Shown: positions 1-9,689 of the stretch, piece after piece | Layout of the letters: every line of letters starts with the position of its first letter | Position numbering within the stretch: the stretch's first letter is position 1 | NCBI GenBank assembly: GCA_027307045.1 | Contig: DAHUXR010000006.1 | Coordinates: forward strand, 14,185-78,184 | Direction: 5' to 3' | Length of the DNA stretch: 64,000 nt | Source of the DNA: Acidobacteriaceae bacterium | GTDB taxonomy: Bacteria > Acidobacteriota > Terriglobia > Terriglobales > Acidobacteriaceae | Notes under the pieces: model-generated | What the model saw: the letters and a program-made list of their open reading frames with translations, nothing else | The model's database searches: none | What the model was told of the DNA's origin: nothing | Translations under genes and position numbers: made by a program

Positions 1-1289
1 GAAACAGACGGATGTTGGATAGCCGGCCGATTTTCCCGCCAAGCCGGGGATTCTGCCTCTAGTGAGGAGGGTCCTGCCGAACCAGCAGCGGAATTTGAGC
101 TGCTGGTCATCGTGTAAACGGGAGTTTCTGAAACGTAGGCGCGCGTGCGTAGCGTGGTCAGGGAATCCTTAGGCGTTTCCGAAGCAGTCACGCGGCGTGG
201 GATATGCTGAGAATTGCGGGAATGGCCCGTCGCATTCACCGGTGACTGATTCGCAATAGGCCCAACAAGTGGCTCAGCGAAGCCCGCGGACAAAGCAATG
301 GATGGCGAGAGAAACCCAAAAGCAGCGACCAAGGCCAGCCCTGCCGCGGCCCGCGAACACCCTTTCCACCAAGCCACAGGTTTTGGCGTAGTCAAGATTG
401 TGCGCACCCGCAATCCCAGAGAAGTGGACGCAGCAAAATCTATGCCCAGCGAAAAGCCCTCCTGCAACATCCGTAGGCGCACAAAATATGTAAGGCTGTC
501 AGCGTAATCAGCGCGATCGCCGGGACGTGTTTCCAATACCGCCAGGTCGCAGGCCAACTCGCCCTGCAACGCCATGGCTTTCCGCGCTTTCCAGACGGCC
601 GGGTGGAAGAACAAAACGCAGCAGATCAGATCGCTCAGGCCAGCCCAAAGATAGTCGCGGCGAGCAACGTGCACCAACTCATGGCAAAGGACATCGGCAA
701 CCTGAGGAGTGGGGCCGATTTGCTCGCAGATTTCAGGCAGCAGAATTCGCGGGTTAAACCAGCCGGCCGTTGCGGGCGATTTGAGCCCGGGCAGAACCAG
801 CAGCCGGGTACGAGAACTGCGCGACTGCGACAGACCCATGTCGCGAGAGATGTCAAGAAAAAGCCCGTTCAGCGCTGGGGAAGCGTCGATTGTGTGCCTC
901 AGTAATAGCCGCATCCTCACATGCTTCCACACCGCCATTCCGATCAGTGAGAGAGAGACCACAGCATAAATCGCACCCAGGCTCTGGATCATGATCAGCG
1001 TATTGTGGGTCCATGCCGAAGGGAGCAGAAAAAAATGCTTGATGGCCGAAGCCGAAACCGGAGCATTTGGCACGCCCTTGGTTCCAGTCATTAGAGCTTT
1101 GAATTCGCTGATGACAAGCACCAGCCAATACCCAGTCGAACACGCAAGGAATCCCATCCAAATAACGAATCGCGCACGGGGTTTACTCAGCAACCGAGTC
1201 AACATCCAGCAGGCAAAAAAGGCCGCGGTAATTTTCAGGAAGTAACTCAAGCAGGTAGCAGCGAAATGTAGACAGACCTCTGCGCTCAT
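1..1289 (-). CDS. M56 family (BlaR1/MecR1-like) membrane metallopeptidase, 3' end cut by window edge
   Basis: Not in the ORF track because there is no stop in the window. Manual translation from ATG 1289: MSAEVCLHFAATCLSYFLKITAAFF..., TM segments, SPATAGWFNPRILLP, HELVH zinc motif at 683-669, FFHPAVW, ELACD. Directly downstream of blaI. Confidence 0.9.
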   Translation of the reverse strand, partial: MSAEVCLHFAATCLSYFLKITAAFFACWMLTRLLSKPRARFVIWMGFLACSTGYWLVLVISEFKALMTGTKGVPNAPVSASAIKHFFLLPSAWTHNTLIMIQSLGAIYAVVSLSLIGMAVWKHVRMRLLLRHTIDASPALNGLFLDISRDMGLSQSRSSRTRLLVLPGLKSPATAGWFNPRILLPEICEQIGPTPQVADVLCHELVHVARRDYLWAGLSDLICCVLFFHPAVWKARKAMALQGELACDLAVLETRPGDRADYADSLTYFVRLRMLQEGFSLGIDFAASTSLGLRVRTILTTPKPVAWWKGCSRAAAGLALVAAFGFLSPSIALSAGFAEPLVGPIANQSPVNATGHSRNSQHIPRRVTASETPKDSLTTLRTRAYVSETPVYTMTSSSNSAAGSAGPSSLEAESPAWRENRPAIQHPSV

Positions 1290-1323
1290 AATGAAAGCCC
1301 TGACGTAAACACGCCAGTCGAAT

Positions 1324-1728
1324 TTAGTGCGGAAGCTCTCCTTTTTGGATGCGGTAATTACGAATCAGGGCTTCTAATTCATCAAGCTCCTCATCCGCCA
1401 CAGGACCTGATTCCAGAAGATTGACCAACAGTTTTGCCGGAGAGCCGCCAAAGTTTTGCTCGAGCATGGTCCGGACACACATCTTTTCCACCCACTGGCG
1501 TGAAACTGCCGGCTCAAACACAAATACACGGCCGCCAGTGGTATGACGTGCCAGCCCCTTTTCTTCCATGATGCGAAGGATGGTCTGAGTGGTCTTGTAG
1601 TTGGGCGGGGAGGAAAAACTGGGATGATGAATGATTTCTTCTATCGTGCCCGACTTTAACTCCCATAATGCGTTCAAGATACGGAGCTCAGCTCGGGTCG
1701 GCGGCACGGGATTCTTGCGGCTGGTCAT
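1324..1728 (-). CDS. BlaI/MecI/CopY family transcriptional repressor
   Basis: PTRAELRILNALW...YKTTQTILRIMEEKG...FGGSPAKLLVNLL...ELDELEALI is the Penicillinase_R pattern; paired with the M56 gene. Confidence 0.92.
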   Translation of the reverse strand: MTSRKNPVPPTRAELRILNALWELKSGTIEEIIHHPSFSSPPNYKTTQTILRIMEEKGLARHTTGGRVFVFEPAVSRQWVEKMCVRTMLEQNFGGSPAKLLVNLLESGPVADEELDELEALIRNYRIQKGELPH

Positions 1729-1732
1729 GAGA

Positions 1733-1778
1733 TTAAGTCTTAAGAGCTTAAGCTATGAGATGTCGGCACGATTGTCAA
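1733..1778 (-). promoter_or_regulatory. sigma70 promoter of blaI-M56 with overlapping palindromic operator candidate
   Basis: Minus strand TTGACA(1778-1773)-N17-TAGCTT(1755-1750); CTTAAG-AG-CTTAAG dyad at 1739-1752. Confidence 0.6.
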
Positions 1779-2042
1779 CCGTTCTTTGCGGACGAATCCA
1801 GATCAGGCAATCAACGTGAATGTCGGAAAATTGGCGCTTCGCCTTTACTACACGCAATTTACGGAGATATTACAGGCTCTTTACTCGACTTTTTACCGCA
1901 CGGCGTGAAAATCAGCATCACACAGCAAAGATCAACTCACAAAAATAATTTCCAGGGAAAGACGACACGAATCCCTGAGTTCCGTTCACCATCCGCCGGA
2001 AGCAGCTCTACAGCGCCGACGATTCTATGGAGGAAACATATT

Positions 2043-3146
2043 GTGCAAAACAACAAGTTGAATGGAGATGTAATACGAATCTCGGCGGCAATCGCATTTC
2101 TATGCCTCTTAATGGTTGGGGAGCGGATGCGCGGACAGGAAAAAGCAGACATGACGGTCAACGTTAAGGTGGTAAACGTGCCGGCCACGGTCCGCGATAA
2201 ACACGGCAAAATCGTCAACAACCTTACGAAGGATGATTTCGTTTTGGAAGAAGACGGTCGCCCGCAAAGCCTCCACTATTTTTCCCAGGAGAACAGTTTG
2301 CCCCTCACGCTCGGATTGCTGGTGGATACCAGCATGAGCCAGCGGCGCGTATTGGGCCAGGAGCGCACAGCCAGTTCCAGCTTTATCGACCAGATGCTGC
2401 GTCCGGACAAGGACAAGGCGTTCCTTATTCATTTTGATCATGAAGTGGAACTGGACCAGGATCTAACTTCTTCACGGGAGAAGTTGCGGTCTGCTCTGGA
2501 TAGCCTGCAAGCGCCGCAGTTCGCGCAAACCAGCGGAGGCAATTCACAGGGCCAGAGCCCAGGCGGATATCCGGGGCGACATGGTCATCACGATGGCAGT
2601 AGCCACGGTGGCGGCACTCTGCTGTATGACGCAGTCTATCTGGCGTCGGATGAGCTGATGAAAAAACAGGCCGGACGTAAAGCATTGATTGTTCTTTCCG
2701 ATGGAGACGACCGCGGCAGCAAAGAGACGTTACGCACCGCCATTGAAACCGCGCAACGCTCAGACACAATCATTTACTCAATCCTATTCAAGGACGACGA
2801 AGACCATGGTTTTAATGGCGGCTTTGGTGGGATAGGAATGGGCGGCCATCACGGCGGCCCAGGCGGCGGGCGTGGCAGATATCCGCAGGAGCCACGCGTG
2901 GACGGGAAAAAGATATTGGAACAGATGTCACGCGAAACAGGCGGCAGGCTGTTTGAAGTTTCCGGCAAGCAGACGGTCGACAAGATTTACGCCCAGATTG
3001 AAGAGGACCTTCGCAATCAATACAGCCTGGGATACACGCCGGACAGGAGCGATCCCGGCGAGGGCTTTCACACGATCAGCGTCAAGACCAAGCAGAAGGA
3101 CTTGGTGGTCCATGCCAGAGAGGAATATTACTGGAACAGTAAGTAG
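2043..3146 (+). CDS. VWA domain protein (VWFA-related Acidobacterial domain type), secreted
   Basis: VNVPATVRDKHG, LGLLVDTSMSQ MIDAS motif, GGTLLYDAV, LIVLSDGDD, ETGG, LRNQYSLGYTP. Likely start GTG 2043 after GGAGG; the ORF track extends to 1755. Confidence 0.88.
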   Translation: MQNNKLNGDVIRISAAIAFLCLLMVGERMRGQEKADMTVNVKVVNVPATVRDKHGKIVNNLTKDDFVLEEDGRPQSLHYFSQENSLPLTLGLLVDTSMSQRRVLGQERTASSSFIDQMLRPDKDKAFLIHFDHEVELDQDLTSSREKLRSALDSLQAPQFAQTSGGNSQGQSPGGYPGRHGHHDGSSHGGGTLLYDAVYLASDELMKKQAGRKALIVLSDGDDRGSKETLRTAIETAQRSDTIIYSILFKDDEDHGFNGGFGGIGMGGHHGGPGGGRGRYPQEPRVDGKKILEQMSRETGGRLFEVSGKQTVDKIYAQIEEDLRNQYSLGYTPDRSDPGEGFHTISVKTKQKDLVVHAREEYYWNSK

Positions 3147-3254
3147 CGGCAGTAACAACCGTTCATGTACCAATGAGTGACTGGCCCGCCAGAAACCAAC
3201 TCTGAAACGCATCAAAGCATCAGACAATGAACCTGGCCATAATCATTTGATCCG

Positions 3255-4406
3255 ATGCGATCCGTACTCAAACTCGGCCTGGTGGTTTTGTCTCTACTGA
3301 CCCCATTCGTCGGACCAGCAGCCAGAGCCGCGGCGACTGATGATTACGCGGACACAGTCCTGCTATCCCCTGAACAGGGAGAAGCACTGGCTGCCTTTGC
3401 AGCGCAATCGGAAAAGCGGGTTCGTCACAAACCAGATTGCTCCCACCTGGTGCATCTGCTTTATGCGCGCGCGGGCCTTATTTATCCATACGAAGATTCA
3501 CGGGTTCTGTATCGCGGCGTAAGTAATTTTCAGCGGGTAAAAACTCCGCAGCCTGGAGATTTGGCTGTGTGGCTGGGCCATGTGGGAATCGTGCTTTCGC
3601 CGGAAGAAAAGACATTCCTGAGTTCTGTGCGTTCCGGAATCATTACTGAATCATGGATGGCGCCGCACTGGGTCCGCCGTGGCCGTCCGCGCTTCTACCG
3701 CTACCGGGTTGGCCCTGACGCGGACATGAATTTGCTGGCCAAGATCATGAACGATGATAACCTCCCGCAACCTGCAAGCCGACGCAATGCGCGTAGCGGG
3801 GACAATAGCGAACTTCCCTCCTCCGCTATCGCCGACAGTGATGCTGCTAGCTCGCAGCAAGAACGCACTGACTCGCCAGTGCAGGACGCCAAAACGACGG
3901 ACGAAAGTAGTCCCAAGTCAGCTTCAATCGTTGCAACTATCATTCAACGCCAAATGCCCAGCAGGCAGCAGGTTGCAGCGGCGATCATCGAAAACAGCCA
4001 GGCACGAGCACACCAACTGATTGCCGGTGAGACGCTGGATCTGACGCATCCATTTTCTGTGTTCAGCCGGTTGGAAGTGGAAAAAATAAAAGTCAAGCAC
4101 GAGAGGGGATCGGTAACCCTTGAAATCACTGAAACGATGTCTCAGGAAGACGGGCACATCTTACCGGCAAGAACAATGGAACGCGAGCTCTCAATTGATC
4201 GAAGGAGCAATGGCATTTGGGTAATCTCAGATCCAAGTGGGCGCACCTTCCTGTCAGAAGGACTGGCATTGGAGATACTCGAACGGCAGGTGGAACTCTC
4301 GCTTCGCCGCGCACCCAACAGCAACAACACGCGAGTTCTGGTGAAAGCACTGGATCGCCTCTACGATCAGCAATCGGACACGCCGCAACGGGCGGCCATG
4401 AGATAA
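3255..4406 (+). CDS. NlpC/P60 family cysteine hydrolase with long C-terminal extension
   Basis: Signal peptide; DCSHLV catalytic Cys; PGDL...GHVGI catalytic His. Confidence 0.8.
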   Translation: MRSVLKLGLVVLSLLTPFVGPAARAAATDDYADTVLLSPEQGEALAAFAAQSEKRVRHKPDCSHLVHLLYARAGLIYPYEDSRVLYRGVSNFQRVKTPQPGDLAVWLGHVGIVLSPEEKTFLSSVRSGIITESWMAPHWVRRGRPRFYRYRVGPDADMNLLAKIMNDDNLPQPASRRNARSGDNSELPSSAIADSDAASSQQERTDSPVQDAKTTDESSPKSASIVATIIQRQMPSRQQVAAAIIENSQARAHQLIAGETLDLTHPFSVFSRLEVEKIKVKHERGSVTLEITETMSQEDGHILPARTMERELSIDRRSNGIWVISDPSGRTFLSEGLALEILERQVELSLRRAPNSNNTRVLVKALDRLYDQQSDTPQRAAMR

Positions 4407-4461
4407 GCTCGTGTTTCGCACCACGACACGCTACCGCATTCCACGCCTCCCGCTGTAATTT

Positions 4462-4728
4462 TTAAGCGGACGTGGGGTAATAAAGGTTCTTGTCCAGCCA
4501 CTCAGCCACGGGGGTCCGCAAAGCGAAATGGAGTTTGATCTCCTCGCCATTAAGGACGCGCCATCTGGACGGGTGAGCATAAGGTTTTCCATGCTCGTCA
4601 ACCGCGCGAAATTTCACGGAGCGGTTTTGAATCCGATATTCATTGCAAGGACCGCCATCCTTTGACGCTATTCTGAGGCTACGCAACCCTGAGAGCACGA
4701 TCCACTGAGTCCGCAAAATGTCCTCCAA
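4462..4728 (-). CDS. hypothetical protein
   Basis: 88-aa ORF filling an intergenic gap, protein-like composition, TTG start. Confidence 0.5.
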   Translation of the reverse strand: MEDILRTQWIVLSGLRSLRIASKDGGPCNEYRIQNRSVKFRAVDEHGKPYAHPSRWRVLNGEEIKLHFALRTPVAEWLDKNLYYPTSA

Positions 4729-4933
4729 TTGAGTTCCGGATCAAGGCTGATCGCCAGCAACGCAGATAAGCTGATCAGCGTTGGTATTTATAGTCTGATG
4801 ATCCATTGAGTAAGGAGGTGTTGTCCGCGGGAATGCCAAAGCGCTAAATTAATTCAGCCCAAGACCGTGATTTACCATGCATATTTATCCTGATTTAGCA
4901 TGCATAGTTGAATATTTTTCATGGAGATGCAAA

Positions 4934-6160
4934 ATGTCACTGGCTGGGGCTCCTGCGCAACAAGACAAGTTACGGGTGCCGGGCATTGATCTCCTGCGCG
5001 GCTTCTGCATTGTTGCCGTGGTGCTGCACCACATCAATCTGAGAATCCATTTTCGTGACAGCAGCTTGGGCCATCTGATTGGCCCGGCAGCCAACCGTGT
5101 GCTGTTCTGGAATGGGTATTACGGCGTGCGCACGTTTTTCGTGATCTCCGGATTCCTGATCACCTCATGGTCGTTGAAGCGATGGGGCAGGCTCAACCAG
5201 CTCAACGTGCGCCAGTTTTACCGGATGCGATTTGCCCGCATCATGCCATGCCTTATTGGTCTCCTGGTGCTCCTGATTTTGCTGGACCGGCTTGGAGTTC
5301 CACGCTTTATTGTGAACACGCAGCACGCCTCGCTGCTACGGGCTTCAATTGCTGCGCTGACCTTCCATGTTAACTGGCTTGAGGCCAAAACAGGATACCT
5401 GCCCGCGTCCTGGGACGTGCTCTGGTCCCTTTCAGTGGAAGAGGTGTTTTATGTTTTCTTTCCACTGTTATGTGTGATGTTACGAAAACAAGCAATCCTG
5501 ATCACTATGCTGATCGGCTTTGTACTGCTCGGGCCATTTGCGCGTATACACGCGCAAAACGAGCTTTGGGCTGACTATGGATATCTTGCCTGCATGGACG
5601 GGATTGCCTTGGGCTGCCTGGCAGCCATGTTTGCGGCACAAATCCGTTTGAACGATAAGGCAAACTTGGCATTCAGGATCAGCGGAGCATTCCTCTGTCT
5701 GCTCATCACCGTCTTCCGCGGGATTGCCGTCCGCCTCGCATTTTACAAGGCAGGTCTGGATGTAACGGTGCTGGAAATTGGGAGCGCGCTCCTGCTGATC
5801 GCGCTCCAGCAGAAGACTGAGAGACGTGTGGACAATATTTCAGATAAACCGACCGGTGCTTCTGGCTTGGACCGCATCAGGGAATATCTGCAGCGCTCAA
5901 CGGCTTTTCTGCGCTGGTTTGGACGCAACAGCTATGAGGTTTACCTCACCCACATGTTCGCGGTCTGGGCAATTGTGGGCTTGTTCTTCCATTTCCATCA
6001 GAGCATTCAGCTATCGCCGCTATGGTTTCTTGGCACGGTGGCTCTGGCAGGAGGGCTGGGGCACATGGTGGCCCATTTTTATTCCGAGCCCCTTAACCAT
6101 AAGCTGCGAACAAGATTACTGGGAACATTGCCAGCAAAGATCGCCGCATCGGCAGACTGA
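4934..6160 (+). CDS. acyltransferase family 3 (OafA-like) membrane O-acyltransferase
   Basis: GIDLLRG, FFVISGFLI, RFARIMP, WSLSVEEVFY, SYEVYLTH; multiple TM helices. Confidence 0.9.
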   Translation: MSLAGAPAQQDKLRVPGIDLLRGFCIVAVVLHHINLRIHFRDSSLGHLIGPAANRVLFWNGYYGVRTFFVISGFLITSWSLKRWGRLNQLNVRQFYRMRFARIMPCLIGLLVLLILLDRLGVPRFIVNTQHASLLRASIAALTFHVNWLEAKTGYLPASWDVLWSLSVEEVFYVFFPLLCVMLRKQAILITMLIGFVLLGPFARIHAQNELWADYGYLACMDGIALGCLAAMFAAQIRLNDKANLAFRISGAFLCLLITVFRGIAVRLAFYKAGLDVTVLEIGSALLLIALQQKTERRVDNISDKPTGASGLDRIREYLQRSTAFLRWFGRNSYEVYLTHMFAVWAIVGLFFHFHQSIQLSPLWFLGTVALAGGLGHMVAHFYSEPLNHKLRTRLLGTLPAKIAASAD

Positions 6161-6385
6161 TCGACATCGGACAAATTTGTTCTCTTGCATAACTCCGTGG
6201 GGTCATAAAAGTTGCATGATTTTCTAGGACCTTTTGTAACTGCAATCCAGCAACTTACGCTGCCGCGCTGGGTTTCATGGAGCGGAACCATTCTCAGAAC
6301 TTGACCGGTTGGAATAAAGAACACCATCATGGTCGCGGTTCCGCCCTTGCGAAGAAGCAAAACTTGAGAGGAGAACACCAGCAAA

Positions 6386-6775
6386 ATGAAGAAAGTCCTG
6401 ATTCCGCTTTTTGTTGTAGCTCTAATGATCTACGTTGCGCCTTCCGCCCATGCCGCAAGCTGGGCTTATCTGGGCCAGGCCCACGTTGACGGTCAGCATG
6501 ACCATGACAATATTGAAGTTGGCAAGGCTGCCGGCCGTTACCGCTTCCTGCAAATTCGCATCAAGAATGCTCCCATCGAGTTTGACCGCATTGTGGTCCA
6601 CTATGGCGACGGTGAGCCGGAAGTTTTGCAAGTGCGCGACGTGATCCGCGCCGGCGGGCACAGCCGCGCTATCGCTCTGCAGGGCGATCGTTTTGTGAAG
6701 AGCTTTGAGCTGTGGTATGGCAAAGCCAATCCCAACTCAGGCAAGCCTGAGTTGACGCTCTGGGGACAGCGCTAG
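6386..6775 (+). CDS. secreted beta-sandwich protein (DUF2541/YaaI-like)
   Basis: Signal peptide; W..LG..V....DHD.I.V, IVVHYGDG, SRAIAL.G pattern; RBS GAGGAG. Confidence 0.7.
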   Translation: MKKVLIPLFVVALMIYVAPSAHAASWAYLGQAHVDGQHDHDNIEVGKAAGRYRFLQIRIKNAPIEFDRIVVHYGDGEPEVLQVRDVIRAGGHSRAIALQGDRFVKSFELWYGKANPNSGKPELTLWGQR

Positions 6776-6795
6776 ACACTACCACATTCAGACAG

Positions 6796-6821
6796 AAAGG
6801 CCTCGAGGTTCGAGGCCTTTT
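6796..6821. terminator. bidirectional intrinsic terminator
   Basis: aaaggcctcga-ggt-tcgaggccttt hairpin between convergent genes. Confidence 0.85.
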
Positions 6822-6823
6822 CC

Positions 6824-8194
6824 TCACTCCCCTTCATCGGCTACTCCAAGTTTGCCCAGCCTGTATCTGAGAGCATTCCTGGACAGTCCCAGCAGCCGCG
6901 CTGCCTGGCTCTTGTTGCCGTTGGCCCGCCGCAGGGCTTCGCGGATCATGTTGTCTTCCCATTGCTCCAGAGTCATGCCTGGGGGAAGAAATTGATCGGC
7001 AGGGGCTGACGCCGTGCCAGCTTTACTTTGCCTCGTGTCGAGGTGGATGTCTTTGTCATCGATCATCCGATCTGCTGAGAGCGCTACTGCACGCTCCACG
7101 CTATTTTCAAGCTGGCGAATGTTTCCCGGCCAGTGATATTCCATCAACGCGTCGAGTGCGGCGGGCGTGATGCCTTCAATTTCTTTCTCGCTGTCAGCGG
7201 CAAAGCGAGCTAGAAAATGGTTCACCAGATCAGGAATATCTTCTTTGTGTTCCCGCAAAGGGGGAATATCGATGGGCACAACGTTCAGCCGGTAGTAAAG
7301 ATCCTCGCGAAACGTTCCTTCTTCCAAGGCAGCACGCAGATCGCGATTGGTGGCGGCGATCATGCGTATGTCCACTTTCAAAGTCTTCGTGCCGCCCAGG
7401 CGCTCAAACTCGCGTTCCTGCAAGACGCGTAGCAGCTTCACCTGAATGGCCGCCGGCACGTCGCCGATTTCATCGAGAAAAAGCGTGCCTTTATCCGCCA
7501 GTTCAAACTTGCCCGGCTTGCTGGCCAGCGCGCCGGTAAAGGCCCCGCGCTCAAAGCCGAACAGTTCACTTTCAAAAAGCGTGTCAGGAATAGCGGTGCT
7601 GTTGATCTTGACGAATGGCCCGGAAGCACGCCGCGAATTCTGGTGAATGGCGCGTGCGATCAGGTCTTTACCCACACCGCTCTCACCACCGATGAGCACC
7701 GTGGAGTTTGTTGGCGCGACGCGCTCCACCAGCGCCAGCACTTCCTGCATTTTCTTACTTCGGCCAACAATATTCTGGAAATGGTAGCGTTTGCCCAAAG
7801 CTTCCTTCAGACGCACGTTTTCGTCGCGCACCTGCTGAACGTCGAGCTCTTTGTTGATGACCAGCTTCATCTCGGCCATGGTGAAAGGCTTCAACACATA
7901 GTCGCTGGCGCCGGCTTTCATTGCGTCCACGGCAGTCTCAACGCTGCCATAGGCAGTCATCACGATGAACGGTAGCGCCGGGTTCAGGCGCTTCCCTTCC
8001 TGCAGGAACTCAAGGCCGTTCATGCCCGGCAGCTTCAGGTCGGTCACCACCAGGTCCGCCGGTTCTTTGCGCAAGAACTGCAGGCCAGTCTCGGCATCAC
8101 CCGCTGTCTGGACGTTGTGTCCGTCTTCGCCCAGGCTGATCTCCAGCAGCCGTCGCATGCGCGGTTCGTCTTCAACGATAAGGATATTCGCCAT
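6824..8194 (-). CDS. sigma-54-dependent response regulator (NtrC/AtoC family)
   Basis: REC domain, GESGVGKD Walker A, ESELFGFERGAFTGA, C-terminal Fis HTH. Confidence 0.95.
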   Translation of the reverse strand: MANILIVEDEPRMRRLLEISLGEDGHNVQTAGDAETGLQFLRKEPADLVVTDLKLPGMNGLEFLQEGKRLNPALPFIVMTAYGSVETAVDAMKAGASDYVLKPFTMAEMKLVINKELDVQQVRDENVRLKEALGKRYHFQNIVGRSKKMQEVLALVERVAPTNSTVLIGGESGVGKDLIARAIHQNSRRASGPFVKINSTAIPDTLFESELFGFERGAFTGALASKPGKFELADKGTLFLDEIGDVPAAIQVKLLRVLQEREFERLGGTKTLKVDIRMIAATNRDLRAALEEGTFREDLYYRLNVVPIDIPPLREHKEDIPDLVNHFLARFAADSEKEIEGITPAALDALMEYHWPGNIRQLENSVERAVALSADRMIDDKDIHLDTRQSKAGTASAPADQFLPPGMTLEQWEDNMIREALRRANGNKSQAARLLGLSRNALRYRLGKLGVADEGE

Positions 8195-8358
8195 ATTTTT
8201 TTATCCCGAACCCGCAGGGCTGCGCGGGAGGGATCACAATTCCCTGACCATCTGCTGATAGATCAACCCTCTTTCACCCTAAGTTTTTTTGAGAATCGAT
8301 TTCCGTTACTACGCTCGGAAAATAGCTTCCTCCGTGCTCTGCGTCTCCTTGGTGGGAT

Positions 8359-9633
8359 TTAGTTTTTTGCGCCCTTCTCAGTGTCTGCTGCCGCCGGAAA
8401 TGTGACCCGAAAACAAGCTCCATGCCCCGGCTCGCTCACAAGCTTGAGAGATCCTCCGTGCGCATCGACAATTTTGGAAACAATCGCGAGCCCCAGCCCG
8501 ACCCCGGATTTCTTCGTCGTAACAAATGGATTGAAAATCTGTTCTTTCATTTCCGGTGGGACGCCTGGACCGCTATCTTCCACCTCCACCACAACGCTTC
8601 GCGCTTCAGTAGTTTCATCGGACGCACGAAGCCTCACGCGCAGATCCCCGCCTTCTTCGCCCATGGCTTCGCAGGCATTCATGAACAGGTTGGTAAAAAC
8701 CTGATCGCACAAATCGCGGTCGAGCATCACCGGAGGCAAGCCGGAAGCATAGTCACGTTTTATGCTCGCCTTTTTGCATGCGCCCTGCTCAGAAACCGTC
8801 TTGAGGCATCGTTCAACCACCGTGGCCAGATCATGGGCGCCCAAATCAAGCTGCGAAGGCCGGGCAAAATCAAGGAACCGGCTTACCAGGGCGCTCACGC
8901 GATTCACTTCAGTGTAAATATATCCTGCGAGCTCTTTTGCCAAGGGGTTCGCATCGTCCAACTTTTGAGTAAGTATTTCCGCCGAGCCCTTGATTACACC
9001 CAGCGGATTGCGAATCTCATGGGCCAGACCGGCTGAAAGCTGCCCCAGCGCCGCCAGCCTTTCCGCTCTGCGCGCCTCGTCCTGCGCAAGCTTAAGGTTA
9101 CGATTCGCCTCGGTCAGTGTTTCAGAAAGAGCCTGGTACCGTCGCACCTGAACTCGATACTGCATCACGAAGCGGTTTACTGTCATCGCCACAAAGAAAA
9201 AGAACAGAACACGCATTAACAGCTCAGAGAGACTGTTGGCTGTGATGGTAAAGTGCAGGTTCGCCTGATACAGATATGAGCTATAAGCTACTGACGCAGC
9301 CAGTGTCCACAGCAGCGTTCCAACAGGCCCAAAATACATGGCCGCGGTCATTACAGGCAGATAGTAGATCGGATAATAACCGCTATTGATGGCCGCCGGG
9401 TCGCCCGTGTGGTTGATCAGAACAGTAGCAAGAACGATCTTGATGAGCACGGCCATCGCCGGCCCCGGCTTTCCCGCACGCCGTACGAACTGGGTCTCCA
9501 GCAATTGCGAGATCCCAATGATCAGCAGAATCAACTGCTTGTGTAATTCGGCAACCGGCGGAATAAGCGCAAGTCCGCCAAGAAAGATGAGCCAAAGAAC
9601 GTCAAGCCAGCGCGGAGTAGCGCGTTCTGTCAT
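8359..9633 (-). CDS. membrane sensor histidine kinase
   Basis: N-terminal TM helices, AHEIRNPL H-box, DSGPG, GVGLGL. Confidence 0.93.
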   Translation of the reverse strand: MTERATPRWLDVLWLIFLGGLALIPPVAELHKQLILLIIGISQLLETQFVRRAGKPGPAMAVLIKIVLATVLINHTGDPAAINSGYYPIYYLPVMTAAMYFGPVGTLLWTLAASVAYSSYLYQANLHFTITANSLSELLMRVLFFFFVAMTVNRFVMQYRVQVRRYQALSETLTEANRNLKLAQDEARRAERLAALGQLSAGLAHEIRNPLGVIKGSAEILTQKLDDANPLAKELAGYIYTEVNRVSALVSRFLDFARPSQLDLGAHDLATVVERCLKTVSEQGACKKASIKRDYASGLPPVMLDRDLCDQVFTNLFMNACEAMGEEGGDLRVRLRASDETTEARSVVVEVEDSGPGVPPEMKEQIFNPFVTTKKSGVGLGLAIVSKIVDAHGGSLKLVSEPGHGACFRVTFPAAADTEKGAKN

Positions 9634-9689
9634 AGGGAAGATTTGAATGTATCACGAGGAGGGCGATGCTCGGGAGATCGGCTGAAGAG

